The translations under genes were made by a program, and so were the position numbers. Shown piece by piece: positions 26,010 to 26,517 of a stretch of DNA of 26,517 nucleotides. The stretch covers positions 1-26,517 of the forward strand of contig JASFLY010000036.1 in assembly GCA_050117845.1 (NCBI GenBank). The letters run 5' to 3'. Source of the DNA: Candidatus Zixiibacteriota bacterium. GTDB taxonomy: Bacteria; RBG-13-66-14; B26-G2; WVWN01. How positions within the stretch are numbered: the first letter of the stretch is position 1; each line of letters starts with the position of its first letter. The notes below the pieces were generated by a model that worked only from the letters and a program-made list of their open reading frames with translations, made no database searches and had not been told where the DNA came from.

Positions 26010-26143
26010 GTACAAAGAAACCCGCGGTGGCCCCACAACGAGTAGATACGAACGCCTGTTCACCGAAGAGGCCGTCCGCTCACACACCAAAAGCCCCGCC
26101 CGCCTAGTTGATCTTCTACTCGTTCAGCAGAAGGTCGGACACC

Positions 26144-26284
26144 CGAATACTCTCTTAGGGGCACGTTAACGGGGGGAGTATCGATGTAGTTCCCAGAGAA
26201 TTACGGAGATGCCGTTTCGCGGCCTAGGGTTATTCGGCGATTCCTATCTTGGGGCATTCGCCCACGGGCGGGGAGTGTCCGTAG
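26144..26284. repeat. Degenerate ~46-bp direct repeat pair (26144-26189 and 26238-26284)
   Basis: cgaatactctcttaggggcacgttaacggggggagtatcgatgtag versus cgattcctatcttggggcattcgcccacgggcggggagtgtccgtag. Confidence 0.45.
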
Positions 26285-26517
26285 CGTCGATTCTAAGCTC
26301 TAGAATGAAGCAAATAGTGATGTTTTTAGACCGTACGCGGTCCGCCCTGCCCCCAGCCTACCCTTTTTCATCGGTTACATAATTTTTTTTAGTTCTTAAG
26401 TACTTATCAAGAATTCGCGGTTTGGTTACGCCTAAAACCCTAATAAACGCCCGCGTACGGTTTTCGAATAGTAACCTCGGGAATAAACCTTACGCTACTA
26501 CCGCGTTTAAAAAGCTA

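Noticed and set aside
26041..26160. Glycine riboswitch-like words (CACCGAAG, CTCTTAGG)
   Set aside because: The remaining consensus elements and stems could not be assembled, and no downstream gene is visible.
1..26517. Window ends TAGC...GCTA as terminal inverted repeats, or the region as a mobile element
   Set aside because: The 4-bp match is chance level, and no integrase, transposase or tRNA was found in the window.

Overview
A 26.5 kb bacterial accessory/defence region in which every convincing gene is on the minus strand. In transcription order (right to left): an AddAB-like helicase-nuclease pair (addB-like, then addA/UvrD-like); a LivKHMGF-type ABC transporter operon interrupted by AT-rich cargo genes (a radical SAM/SPASM enzyme plus a 580-aa two-TM protein between livK and livH, and a small Cys4 zinc-ribbon protein plus a 3-TM protein between livG and livF); a type I restriction-modification operon (hsdM, NucS-like nuclease, hsdS, kwaA, kwaB, hsdR) with an embedded Kiwa anti-phage system; and a beta-propeller lipoprotein followed by the truncated N-terminus of a secreted SpvB/TcaC-like RHS/YD protein that the ORF track missed. 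The two most striking unexplained signals are (i) near-identical ~113-nt 5' leaders in front of hsdM and addB, 15 kb apart, each with a sigma70 promoter, a leaderless M-x-x-G-R-I mini-ORF and an ACCGCCC/GGGYGGTTT terminator-like hairpin, and (ii) the cargo-loaded Liv operon. All family assignments come from motif recognition by eye, not from database searches.
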